Shown: positions 33,813-43,438 of the stretch, in pieces | Position numbering within the stretch: position 1 is the stretch's first letter | Layout of the letters: every line of letters starts with the position of its first letter | Assembly (NCBI GenBank): GCA_963777955.1 | Contig: CAVZSQ010000015.1 | Coordinates: 224,001 to 288,000, forward strand | Source of the DNA: Calditrichia bacterium | Lineage (GTDB): Bacteria > Calditrichota > Calditrichia > JAJRVZ01 | DNA: 64,000 bases | Direction: 5' to 3' | The notes under the pieces: model-generated | Database searches by the model: none | Seen by the model: the letters and a program-made list of their open reading frames with translations, nothing else | What the model was told of the DNA's origin: nothing | Program-made: the position numbers and the translations under genes

Positions 33813-34852
33813 CTTTTTGATTTAATTTTTTTATTTTTTCTTCCAGATCGAATATTACCTTTTCCAGGGCATGCATCCGTTTAACCATTTCCGGTAAATT
33901 ATGTATGCACGCTTCAATTTTTTTCTGTCTCATCAGCGGATGAGCAGGATAGCCAAACCATACTTCTTTTGCCGGCACATCTTTGGATACACCGCTTTTA
34001 GCTGCCAGGATAGCGCCATCCCCGATTTTAATGTGCCCTACTACTCCAACCTGACCGGCTATAGTTACATTTTTACCGACTTTAGTGCTGCCGGATATAC
34101 CGCTTTGGGCAGCAATGGCCGTATTTTCTTCAATTACAACATTGTGAGCGATCTGAACCAGGTTATCAATCTTGCAACCAGTTTTAATTACAGTGGCGCC
34201 CATAGTAGCCCGGTCAATGGTACAATTTGAGCCGATTTCCACATCATTGCCTATCTGGACGATACCCAGTTGCGGGATTTTGACATAAGTATCTCCGCTC
34301 GGAGCAAAGCCAAAACCGTCACTGCCAATGACAGTACCATTATGGATGATAACCCCATCACCGATTTCACACCCTTCCCGTACTGTGACGTTAGGATAGA
34401 GAATCGAATCGCTGCCGATCTTCACACCATGTAAAATCACACAACCGGGATAAAGAACGGTATTCCTGCCTGAGCTCAACGTTTTCACCGATATAAACCA
34501 GAGGTGCAATGGTTACATTTTCACCCAGCTTGATATTGGCTGAGAGAATGGCTGAGGAGTGGATCCCGTTGAATTTTGGTTTTTCCCGTGGATAAATTTT
34601 ATTCAGAATGTTCAAAAATCCAACATACGGATCAGCAAGTTTAATATGCGGAATGGCAACTGCTGGCAGATTAAGCCCGATCAGGATCGCTGAAGCCTTG
34701 GTTGTTTCCAGATATTTCAAATATTTAGGATTAGAAAGAAAAGTAAGATCACCGGCCCTGGCTTCTTCGATCTTGGCCACTCCCTTGATAATCACATCAG
34801 GATCGCCGATCAATTCTCCGTTTAAGAATTGAGCAATCTCCTTTAAACGCAT
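33805..34852 (-). CDS. lpxD: UDP-3-O-acylglucosamine N-acyltransferase, split by one frameshift near 34471
   Basis: LTFLSNPKY and DPY in the first ORF; GSDGFGF, KIPQLG and [10 protein letters not shown] in the second. Confidence 0.95.
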
Positions 34853-34858
34853 GTCGAA

Positions 34859-35404
34859 TTAGTTCTTTGGGGGTTTGGTTACTAAACCCTTGTTCAGTTC
34901 TTCCAGTACCTGGGTAGTCAGGTCATGTTTGGGTGCAGCATGCAATAGTGCACCAGAGGAAGCGTCGATAATAAAGTCGTATTCTTCCACCGAGCCGATT
35001 TTTTTGATTACGGCATTGATCTTATCGATAACCGGTTTGAAGAGTTCCTGGTTGCGTTTATAGAATTCACCCCCTTCAGGATTGAGTTTCTCGTATTTAT
35101 ATCTGTCGATTTCAGCCGCTTTTTCCTGCAATTGACGCATTTTTTCCTGCTTTTTTTCTTCACTCAACAGTAAACTCTGCGATTCGATTTCCTGGGCCAG
35201 GGCCTGGTACTCTTTTACCTTATTATCATACTCCGCCTGGTATTGATTACGTATCTCTTCCAGTTTATTCTGCGCATCAACGGCTTCCTGGTATTCCTGC
35301 AAGATCCTTTGCGAATCGACATATCCGAATTTGAGTTGGGCATTGCCGTTGGTTATCAGCAGACCGATAAAAATCATCATAAGTACAATAGTAAATTTCT
35401 TCAA
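34859..35404 (-). CDS. skp: OmpH/Skp periplasmic chaperone
   Basis: Signal peptide, KFGYVD, coiled coil, YDFIID and DLT..VL; lies between bamA and lpxD. Confidence 0.92.
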   Translation of the reverse strand: MKKFTIVLMMIFIGLLITNGNAQLKFGYVDSQRILQEYQEAVDAQNKLEEIRNQYQAEYDNKVKEYQALAQEIESQSLLLSEEKKQEKMRQLQEKAAEIDRYKYEKLNPEGGEFYKRNQELFKPVIDKINAVIKKIGSVEEYDFIIDASSGALLHAAPKHDLTTQVLEELNKGLVTKPPKN

Positions 35405-35464
35405 GATTTCCTCCTCAGTTTCTAACCATTATTGTTAAGAGATAAGTTTAATCTAATAATATGT

Positions 35465-37792
35465 CTAAAATTTTCCAAATTGAAAATGAACCTTCCACTT
35501 GCCCTGGCGTGATCCGTCGGAATTGATGTAATCAAAACCATAACCAAAATCAATGCCGATAATACCGACCATGGGCATGAATAATCTGACACCGACACCG
35601 GCAGAACGCCGCAGTTTAAAGGGATCCGTTTCCCAGACATGTTCCCAGGCATTACCTGCTTCTGCAAAAAACAAACCGAATATAGTCGGGTTGGGCGCAA
35701 TCGGAAAACGCAGTTCCAGCGTATTTTTAACCAGTGCCCGGCCGCCGATCGGACTGCTGCTTGACGTCACGGGCCCGACCTGTCCATCATCATAGCCCCG
35801 TAAACTTTCGGCGTAACTGAGACCGCTGCCACCGAGGTAAAAGTACTCGCCGTACAATACCGCTGTATTGCGGCGAATTTTTTCCAGTACACCATACATG
35901 TTTTCCGAATACAACACAAAGCCCAGCGGCATGGGTACAAACCATTCCATGGAAAAGATGCTTTTCAGATAATCAGAATCTCCGCCCAGCGGTCCGCCGG
36001 AGAGTTGCATTGAGAGCGAGTGAACCGATCCCCGGGTTGGAAATTCAGCCTGGTCACGGCTGTCACGGGAGATAATCTGGGTAATACTCAACTGGCGTAC
36101 ATTGTTAAAACCAGACCCACCCATATATAGCGTTAACTCGGCATCGCTGATATTGCTGATCGTACTTTTTGAATAGCGCACGATCCAATCCCCGCGGAAA
36201 TAGTTGTCAGGCCAGTAAAAGCGGCGGCCAATGTGCACCGAACCGCCGATATCCCGGCGATCCCAGGGCCAGTACCCTCCACCGGTGCGGGTATTATAAA
36301 TCGAAAAACCTGCCAGAGTAGGGGTATTAAATAACCAGGGTTCGGTAAAACTGATTGAGACCGATCGATAAATAAGACCGAATTGCCAATCCAAAGCCAG
36401 GCGTTGCCCATCCCCGCTGGTAAATGGATGGGCGATTGAAAAATTGTTAAAAGAAAGACCTAAACTGCCGATGAAGCCATCGCGCTGACTGTACCCTGCC
36501 GACATATTGGCCATATCGGTGGATTTTTCTTCAACTTTGACTTCCAGGTTAACTTTCTTATTGTCATTTTCAATCAACAGCACATTCGGTATGGCATTCG
36601 AAAAATAGTTCAGTATCGTGATATCCCGGATAGAACGTTCCAGCCGTCCGCTGTTGAAGATATCTCCCGGCTGCAATTTAAACTCACGGCGGATAACCTT
36701 TTCATTGGTTTTAGTATTACCGATGATATTAATTTCATTCACGGTAACGACATTCCCTTCGGTAATATTAAAATTAACGTCCAGGGTATCTTTGCCGACG
36801 GGGGTTTCCATCGGCTGAATTTGAGCAAAAAGATATCCCTGATCGTAATACATTTTCTGCAACCGCTCGGTTATACCTTTATTATATTTTTTCTGATCGT
36901 AACTTTCCCCTTTTTTAATATCCAGGCTGAAGGCTAATTCTTCCTTGGTAAAAATCGTGCTGCCCGTGAAATTGATTGTACCGAAATAATATTTCTCACC
37001 TTCATAGATCCAGATATCGATGAACATATCCTGCTTATCAGCGCTGTAAGAAATCGAATCACGCAATATCTCGGCATCGCGATAACCGTTTTCACGACAG
37101 AATTCCAGTATCTTTTCCAAATCAGCGCTGTATTTTTTTTCATCAAAATCAGCCGAACGCCACCAGCGGTCTTCCTTGGTCTCTTCCATGGCTCCGCGCA
37201 GATCGTCTTCCTCCAGAGCGGTATTGCCGTGAAAACTGATCTTTTCGATCTGGACCTCTTTGCCCTCATTAATCTGTATACGCAGGTCTACGAAACCCGG
37301 ATCGGCACTGACGGTATCCACACTCACCGTGGCCAGCAAATATCCTTCCTTGCTGTACATTTTTTCCACGGCCTGGCGAACCTTGTATATTCTGTAATCA
37401 GATATTTTCATCCCCTTATACACGGCAATCTCTTTTTCGATATCGTCCTTATCAAGTTCGTCATTGCCTTTTATTTCGACCTTGCGCAGGCGGGGATATT
37501 CGGCAACCCGGATAATCAGGTCAAGACCGGCTGAAGTCTGATTGGATACCAGGATTTGAATATCGGAAAAAATACCGAGCGCCCATAAATTTTTAACGGC
37601 GCCCTGAATATCTTCGCCGCCGATTTCCTGCCCGGTCGTCAATCCGGAGTTCAGACGGACGGAACTTGCATCTGCGGTTTTATTTCCTTCCACCGCGATC
37701 GATGAAATTCTGATCTTATTCACCTGGGCCTGAGTCGAGCTCAGCAGTACAAGCGCGAGAATAATAATTTGCAGCCACTTAAACACTAGCAT
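35465..37792 (-). CDS. bamA: Outer-membrane protein assembly factor BamA
   Basis: POTRA repeats (GNTKTNEKVIRRE), FTEPWLF, FYLGG..LRGY and C-terminal HFQFGKF. Confidence 0.95.
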   Translation of the reverse strand: MLVFKWLQIIILALVLLSSTQAQVNKIRISSIAVEGNKTADASSVRLNSGLTTGQEIGGEDIQGAVKNLWALGIFSDIQILVSNQTSAGLDLIIRVAEYPRLRKVEIKGNDELDKDDIEKEIAVYKGMKISDYRIYKVRQAVEKMYSKEGYLLATVSVDTVSADPGFVDLRIQINEGKEVQIEKISFHGNTALEEDDLRGAMEETKEDRWWRSADFDEKKYSADLEKILEFCRENGYRDAEILRDSISYSADKQDMFIDIWIYEGEKYYFGTINFTGSTIFTKEELAFSLDIKKGESYDQKKYNKGITERLQKMYYDQGYLFAQIQPMETPVGKDTLDVNFNITEGNVVTVNEINIIGNTKTNEKVIRREFKLQPGDIFNSGRLERSIRDITILNYFSNAIPNVLLIENDNKKVNLEVKVEEKSTDMANMSAGYSQRDGFIGSLGLSFNNFSIAHPFTSGDGQRLALDWQFGLIYRSVSISFTEPWLFNTPTLAGFSIYNTRTGGGYWPWDRRDIGGSVHIGRRFYWPDNYFRGDWIVRYSKSTISNISDAELTLYMGGSGFNNVRQLSITQIISRDSRDQAEFPTRGSVHSLSMQLSGGPLGGDSDYLKSIFSMEWFVPMPLGFVLYSENMYGVLEKIRRNTAVLYGEYFYLGGSGLSYAESLRGYDDGQVGPVTSSSSPIGGRALVKNTLELRFPIAPNPTIFGLFFAEAGNAWEHVWETDPFKLRRSAGVGVRLFMPMVGIIGIDFGYGFDYINSDGSRQGKWKVHFQFGKF

Positions 37793-37800
37793 CTCCTGAA

Positions 37801-40800
37801 TTAAAATGAAAAAGAATGACGCAGCCTGACTTTAAAGTCTTCCAGATACGGTTTCTCCATATACAACGGAGTATAGAATAAAGTTTCCCGATCATATTCA
37901 AATTCCAGTAGCAGGTTATTAAAAAAACGGTACTCGACTCCGAATGAATGATTGAAACTGAAATCATTTTGATTGGGATTAGCATTGGCAATTATCTGCC
38001 CGGTATATGTTACATAAATATTTTTGGCTAAATATTTTCCCAGGGTCAATTCCGAACTTTCCAATAAAATCATATAGGGAGAAAAAGTATCCTGGTAACG
38101 GAAATTGTTACTCAGCATGGTTGGTCCATACCACTGGCTCAAACCGACCTGGAAAATATTTTTGGCGATTCTGGAATTAAAACGTACAAAATCAAATCCA
38201 AGGTAATTTTCCAACCTCCTCTCCAGGGGACGAAGCAATGGCCGGATCACATAATTTTCCGTAACCGCGCCACCGACGGTGGTCGCTTTTTCTTTTATTT
38301 TATCTACTGAATAACCCAGATAGGACAGAACCTGCTCCTGTGTTTCTCCTATGGTCGGATCTGTGCTGATCAGCCGGAAGCGGAAATCTTCCCAACGCGA
38401 CCGGTAATTAGATTGACCGGTTTCCTTATCCACGGCATACAATTCCAGGTAGATCGTTTTCGGTATGGCTTCCACTGAATCGCGGATGCTGGTCCAGGCC
38501 CGGCCATAAACTTCCGGTAACCCGTCCGTACGGTCAAATGAGACGCCGTAACTTTCTACCCTGAAGTTCAGATCCAGATACTCCAGAGTGCCCCGTGAAG
38601 AAAATGCCTTGCCGGAGGGTGAAAAAGTATTATCTGCAATTATTCCCGTAAAAGAAATACCATCACTGGCAGGATCAACAACGATTTCGGCCTTGACATC
38701 GCCGATGAAGGCAGGAATGGTCCGGACATATACCAGATCCACACCCGGATTGACTTTTACATCCCAGTTAATATTTTTTAAAAACTGTACAACCACATCC
38801 GGTTCAGTCGAATTGCTGCTCGGAAAAGGAAAACTGAAACGGGAATTGGCAAATATTACTTTTCCCCGGGCAAAGGGGTGACGGACCGGTCCGGCAAAAT
38901 AGAATGTTTCATGCTCAGTTTTCCCGGATAATTCCAGGTCGCCCTGCTCCCCTTCCACCATCAAGCCGGGAATTTGCAGGCGCACGCCGCCCGCAGAAGT
39001 TGCCAGAGCTAAAATACCAAAATCAAGATCAAGGTCTTTGAAATACCAGGATTCCAGTTTTTTCCCGTCGCTGCTAACGATATTCTCTACAGTATTGATC
39101 TCCAGCGCTCTATTGTTTACCTCGGCATGTAAATTTTTAAAAATAACTTTATTGGTCCCGGCGGGTTTTTCTATAATTCCTTTGATATTCTGTACATGAC
39201 CGGCTACCGCAGCTAACCATAATTCACCGCGATCCAGTTCAATCTTGCCCTGTTCAATTTTTGGATTAGCCGGAGTGCCGCCGATCAGCAAGTTCATATT
39301 GCAAAAAGAAGCACCCTCGACAAAAAACCGGTCGAGTCTGGGCACGAAAGATAGAAGATCGCCGTTAAACTTGACATCCAGATTGAGCGGTCCATTTTCG
39401 GAAAATGGCAGAACGCCGCGGCTCTCGATATGATACAAGCCTCTTTTTATCGCTAAAAAATTTTCTAAAACCAGGGCATGATTTTTCAGGGTTGCATAAT
39501 CAAGAGCAACTATCATCGAATCATGGGCGTTAAGGGAAATCTGATCGAAGGGGATATCGTATACCTTGCCGTTACTGATGTTGATCTGCATTTGAGTCTC
39601 AGGCAGGTTTACCCGTCCATTCATACGAATATTATAATCAGTGCTCCCGCTAAAGACCCCGGAGCGATTGTACAGGGTCTGGGTAATATCCTCGAAATTT
39701 ACCTGCGCACCGGACATCTCCAGACGAATGCTGTCCTGACGCAGATCCAGAGCCAGATTTCCTTTCAGGGCTGGTACATTATTGAGATACACCTGGAGAG
39801 TATCTACCTGGACCAGGGCCGAATCTGCCGTCATGGCCAGATTAAAACTGTAATACCCGATATTATGTATCAAAAACCGGTCGCCGCTGACCAGAGCAGC
39901 AACCCTGGGATTGTCCGGGGTTCCGCTGATTCTTATTGATCCGGTAATTGTACCCAGCTCAGTTGTGCTGTCCTTTACAAAGAAATTATTCAAATTAAAT
40001 TGATTGAAATTGATCAGAGAATTCAGCGTTTGTCCGGCTGTAACATCAAGATTGACTTCTACCATTAAATCTGTGCTGGAATACAGCGAACCGCTGAGTC
40101 GATCCTCCTTGAGCGTCAGGGCATATTTACTGGAAAAATTATGCACCGAAATACTTCCGCTTAATCGTTTTTCAAACCTGAACAGATCACTTAACTGGCC
40201 GGCCAGAATGAATTGCTCATCAGGTTGGTCCTGATCCTGGATGGTCAATTGCATATTCATATTGTTCAGGGGGCCGTTGACCAGACCTTCTATCTGTCTG
40301 TTGTCGAAGACCCGTCTGATAAAGGCCGAAGTAGTTAATTGCTGCAGGGGTGGATTTTCAATTAATCCATAGTTAATTAACGGTTCATTAAAAATATCAA
40401 CTATATCGATCGAGAAAGAAAAATTTTCTGATGCTGATTTATTTTTAAGTAAATGGAAATGACCTTCCGCAAGTTTAATATCTCCCCAAAAATTGAATAG
40501 AGTATCCGCGGGAGAAAGAATTTCGTATTGCCAGGTACCGCTTAACTGTTTTTCTCTGAGTGCCCCCAGCAAATGGAGGTCAATCTGTTGAATTTTGTCG
40601 CTTAGCCGGTCGAATAATAAATGCTGGCCGAATTTTCTGGTGCCCCTCAGGGCAATATGATAGGTACTGGCAGGAAGGTCGATCTGGCCGGAAGCATTGA
40701 CCCGAAAATCAAGATAGCGGGCCGAAAACTTATCAATCAGAAGAGAATCCTGAAAAAGATGCAAATCAGCCTGCAGATCCTGTATTTTTTGTGAACAGAC

Positions 40801-41952
40801 TACAACATCGGCTGCCTGAATATTGATCGCACTTTCCAGTTTCCCGGCCTGCCATTGAAATCGGGAGGATAAGGCGAGTACCCCCTGGTTGTCTCCGGTA
40901 AATTGCATCCGGCTGCTGAGGGTTTTAACGTCTAATTGCTTGCTCCACAATTCACCCGATAAATCGTATTTAAAAATATCAGGCACCCGGATCTGAAATG
41001 ATACTTCATCATTTTCAATTTTAAAAGATCCTGCCGGTACCTGTATTTCGTTGTCGAGTAAGGAGGCCCGGGCGGTGATATTCTGGACATACCATCCTGC
41101 CAGTTCAATTTCACCATTATTAATTTCCAGGGGACCATTGCACAGCACATTCTCCAAATCTGGTGAAAAGAGGTGAATTTTGCCGTTAATCAGCCCCTGC
41201 CTGATATTAATTTTATTGGCTGCCAGCCAATTGGCTGCCAGCCAGGATAAGTTTTTAAAATCAAAATTATGAATCAGCAGGTCCGCGCTGATCTGTTGTT
41301 TGTACTTGTTAAAATGGGCCAGTATGGAAAAATTCTGCTGAGTGCCAGAGAGTAATCCGCCGGCGGCTTCGATATCGAAAGAATCAGCAGTGGCAGTACC
41401 CAACCAGCCGTCAAGATTCTGTCCCAGAATCAGATTTTCATTATTGAGATTCGCCAGAATAATTTTGCCATTATTCAGATTGATCCGGTCGACATTGTCA
41501 AAATGGTCTAAGAACTGTACCAGAGAAAAACCGGATGTGTCATTTGAGCTGACCGCTGCCGAATCGCCGCCGGCTGCGGATCTGATTGTCATTACAGGAT
41601 CAATTAATGAGATTTTGGTTATGGCCCGTTGCGGCTGATCTATATGCAGCAACAGACTAAAGATATCATAACTGAAACTCAGACCTTGTGCTGAAAACCG
41701 GATTTTCCCTGTCTGATTAGTCAGGGTCAAATCTCCCAACACCACGTCCCTGAGTCCGAAATGGACCTGATTCACGCTGATTTTTTGTTTACCATTCTCC
41801 TCCATTTTCGCCAGAACATATTTAATCAACGGTTTATCGATCCCCAAAAAACTGATAATACTCGGAGCAAAAAGTATGAAGAGTGCAATCAGTATAACTG
41901 GCAACAATATTGTAAATAGTATCTTACGCATACGTCCTGATTTAGATGTCAC
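37801..41952 (-). CDS. TamB/AsmA-like large periplasm-spanning protein (1383 aa; alternative start ATG 41931)
   Basis: N-terminal TM anchor, long beta-rich repeats (ISGTPDNPRV, IGGTPANPKI), LTLGKYLAKNIYVTY-type C-terminus; directly upstream of bamA. Confidence 0.72.
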   Translation of the reverse strand: MTSKSGRMRKILFTILLPVILIALFILFAPSIISFLGIDKPLIKYVLAKMEENGKQKISVNQVHFGLRDVVLGDLTLTNQTGKIRFSAQGLSFSYDIFSLLLHIDQPQRAITKISLIDPVMTIRSAAGGDSAAVSSNDTSGFSLVQFLDHFDNVDRINLNNGKIILANLNNENLILGQNLDGWLGTATADSFDIEAAGGLLSGTQQNFSILAHFNKYKQQISADLLIHNFDFKNLSWLAANWLAANKINIRQGLINGKIHLFSPDLENVLCNGPLEINNGEIELAGWYVQNITARASLLDNEIQVPAGSFKIENDEVSFQIRVPDIFKYDLSGELWSKQLDVKTLSSRMQFTGDNQGVLALSSRFQWQAGKLESAINIQAADVVVCSQKIQDLQADLHLFQDSLLIDKFSARYLDFRVNASGQIDLPASTYHIALRGTRKFGQHLLFDRLSDKIQQIDLHLLGALREKQLSGTWQYEILSPADTLFNFWGDIKLAEGHFHLLKNKSASENFSFSIDIVDIFNEPLINYGLIENPPLQQLTTSAFIRRVFDNRQIEGLVNGPLNNMNMQLTIQDQDQPDEQFILAGQLSDLFRFEKRLSGSISVHNFSSKYALTLKEDRLSGSLYSSTDLMVEVNLDVTAGQTLNSLINFNQFNLNNFFVKDSTTELGTITGSIRISGTPDNPRVAALVSGDRFLIHNIGYYSFNLAMTADSALVQVDTLQVYLNNVPALKGNLALDLRQDSIRLEMSGAQVNFEDITQTLYNRSGVFSGSTDYNIRMNGRVNLPETQMQINISNGKVYDIPFDQISLNAHDSMIVALDYATLKNHALVLENFLAIKRGLYHIESRGVLPFSENGPLNLDVKFNGDLLSFVPRLDRFFVEGASFCNMNLLIGGTPANPKIEQGKIELDRGELWLAAVAGHVQNIKGIIEKPAGTNKVIFKNLHAEVNNRALEINTVENIVSSDGKKLESWYFKDLDLDFGILALATSAGGVRLQIPGLMVEGEQGDLELSGKTEHETFYFAGPVRHPFARGKVIFANSRFSFPFPSSNSTEPDVVVQFLKNINWDVKVNPGVDLVYVRTIPAFIGDVKAEIVVDPASDGISFTGIIADNTFSPSGKAFSSRGTLEYLDLNFRVESYGVSFDRTDGLPEVYGRAWTSIRDSVEAIPKTIYLELYAVDKETGQSNYRSRWEDFRFRLISTDPTIGETQEQVLSYLGYSVDKIKEKATTVGGAVTENYVIRPLLRPLERRLENYLGFDFVRFNSRIAKNIFQVGLSQWYGPTMLSNNFRYQDTFSPYMILLESSELTLGKYLAKNIYVTYTGQIIANANPNQNDFSFNHSFGVEYRFFNNLLLEFEYDRETLFYTPLYMEKPYLEDFKVRLRHSFSF

Positions 41953-42010
41953 CTAAACAAACCCCTGAGCCGCAATATTGTTCCGCCAATTAGTTATAAA
42001 TAAGCACGTA

Positions 42011-42039
42011 AATTTAATAAAAATATATAGAAATGTCAA
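42011..42039 (-). promoter_or_regulatory. Putative promoter of the tamB-bamA-lpx operon (TTGACA-17-TAAATT)
   Basis: Consensus -35 at 42034-42039, -10 at 42011-42016, 17-nt spacer. Confidence 0.65.
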
Positions 42040-42054
42040 TTATTGACAGGATAG

Positions 42055-43332
42055 TTAAAGCGGATTTGTAACACCTAAAAGTTGTGAGATTGTCAGAAAT
42101 TGATAATTTTTTCTTTGCAGCTGGTCAATAAATTTTACCAGGGCCGGATAGATAAAATCAGATTTACGCTCGGTGCCGAGATGTAATAAAATAATAGCGC
42201 CTCTTAATTTGCCGGCCTGCTCCAGACTCATCCAGTGCTGATATAGTTGTTCCGGTTTGAGATATAGTTCATCCTGCGGATCGGCGACCCAATCGCGGCT
42301 GTCACATTCGGCCGTCCAACCAATATGCCGGTAGCCGATTTCGGCAGCCCATTGCAATATCGCCGTATTAAATTCGCCATAGGGTGCCCGCCAGAATGGC
42401 TTCAGGTGCTGATTCAGCAGCAGATAAAAAAGACTGTCAGTCAGCTGTAATTGTTGCTGTACGAACGGACGATCGACATTTACGGCAGTGGTATGGCGGC
42501 GATCCTGTTCCCAGTTTGTCAGGTGCGGATGATTGTAAGTATGATTGGATAATTCGTGTCCCAGACCGGCCAGTTTTTTCACAATTTCCGGATAGGATTT
42601 GATGAAATCGCCGGTAAGGAAAAAGGTACTGCGCACCTTGCCGTTTTCCAGGACCCGCATAATACTGTCCGCACCGTTTGCCGTTGACCCGGCATCAAAA
42701 GTCAGCGCCAGGTAATTCTGCTCCGTGATAAATTTATCAACCGGCAGTGTCAGCAAGGCCAGGCGCGCAGAGAAATAGTTTATATAGATCGAGTCTACTT
42801 TATATACCCTGCCCTGATCTGAAAAAGCCCAGATCACAAATTCGTTCGAACCGGGATACAAATACTGTGTCTGAAAAATATAACGCCGGGTATAACTGAT
42901 TGTACTGCTGACGAACTGGCCGTTGTGCCAGAGACCGAGAATGGTGTTTGCCGGTGCACTGCCGCGTATTTGCAGCATATTGGGTTGGGGACTGAATGAC
43001 GTATCTACAGAGACAGCGCTGAATTGCCCGATATCGGCTGGCCGTACTTCCGTTCTGCCGGGATCCTGCCTGCTGAGCAGCTGTTTTAATGAAAAATACA
43101 GCACAACCTGCAGAGCCAGCACTATGACCAGCATATAAAGAAATTCGGGTCTGAGTACAATTTTCGCAAGATAGACGGATCCAATGTAACGGTAAACACA
43201 CCATCTGCTGCAGAATATATGATGCCAGGCTGCCTGTTGACACTCAGTGCAAATATAAGCGCGGCAATAATAACATTTACGCGGGGACAATTTCTGTGGA
43301 TGATTTTTACAGGGGGACCTGGGATTAGTCAT
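42055..43332 (-). CDS. Membrane-anchored CE4/NodB polysaccharide deacetylase with an N-terminal B-box-like zinc finger
   Basis: CKNH-x8-CYYC-x4-CTEC..CSRWC, one TM, then TFDAG, STFFLTG, NHTYNH, WRAPYG, DSRDW and GAIILLH. Confidence 0.85.
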   Translation of the reverse strand: MTNPRSPCKNHPQKLSPRKCYYCRAYICTECQQAAWHHIFCSRWCVYRYIGSVYLAKIVLRPEFLYMLVIVLALQVVLYFSLKQLLSRQDPGRTEVRPADIGQFSAVSVDTSFSPQPNMLQIRGSAPANTILGLWHNGQFVSSTISYTRRYIFQTQYLYPGSNEFVIWAFSDQGRVYKVDSIYINYFSARLALLTLPVDKFITEQNYLALTFDAGSTANGADSIMRVLENGKVRSTFFLTGDFIKSYPEIVKKLAGLGHELSNHTYNHPHLTNWEQDRRHTTAVNVDRPFVQQQLQLTDSLFYLLLNQHLKPFWRAPYGEFNTAILQWAAEIGYRHIGWTAECDSRDWVADPQDELYLKPEQLYQHWMSLEQAGKLRGAIILLHLGTERKSDFIYPALVKFIDQLQRKNYQFLTISQLLGVTNPL

Positions 43333-43438
43333 TATTACTGATTATCTTGGAAAGCCGGGATAACTTTTCCGGATATTTTGCGTTACATTTATTATGATCT
43401 TTAATTATATTTTACTAATATATTCCTGATTCAAAAAT

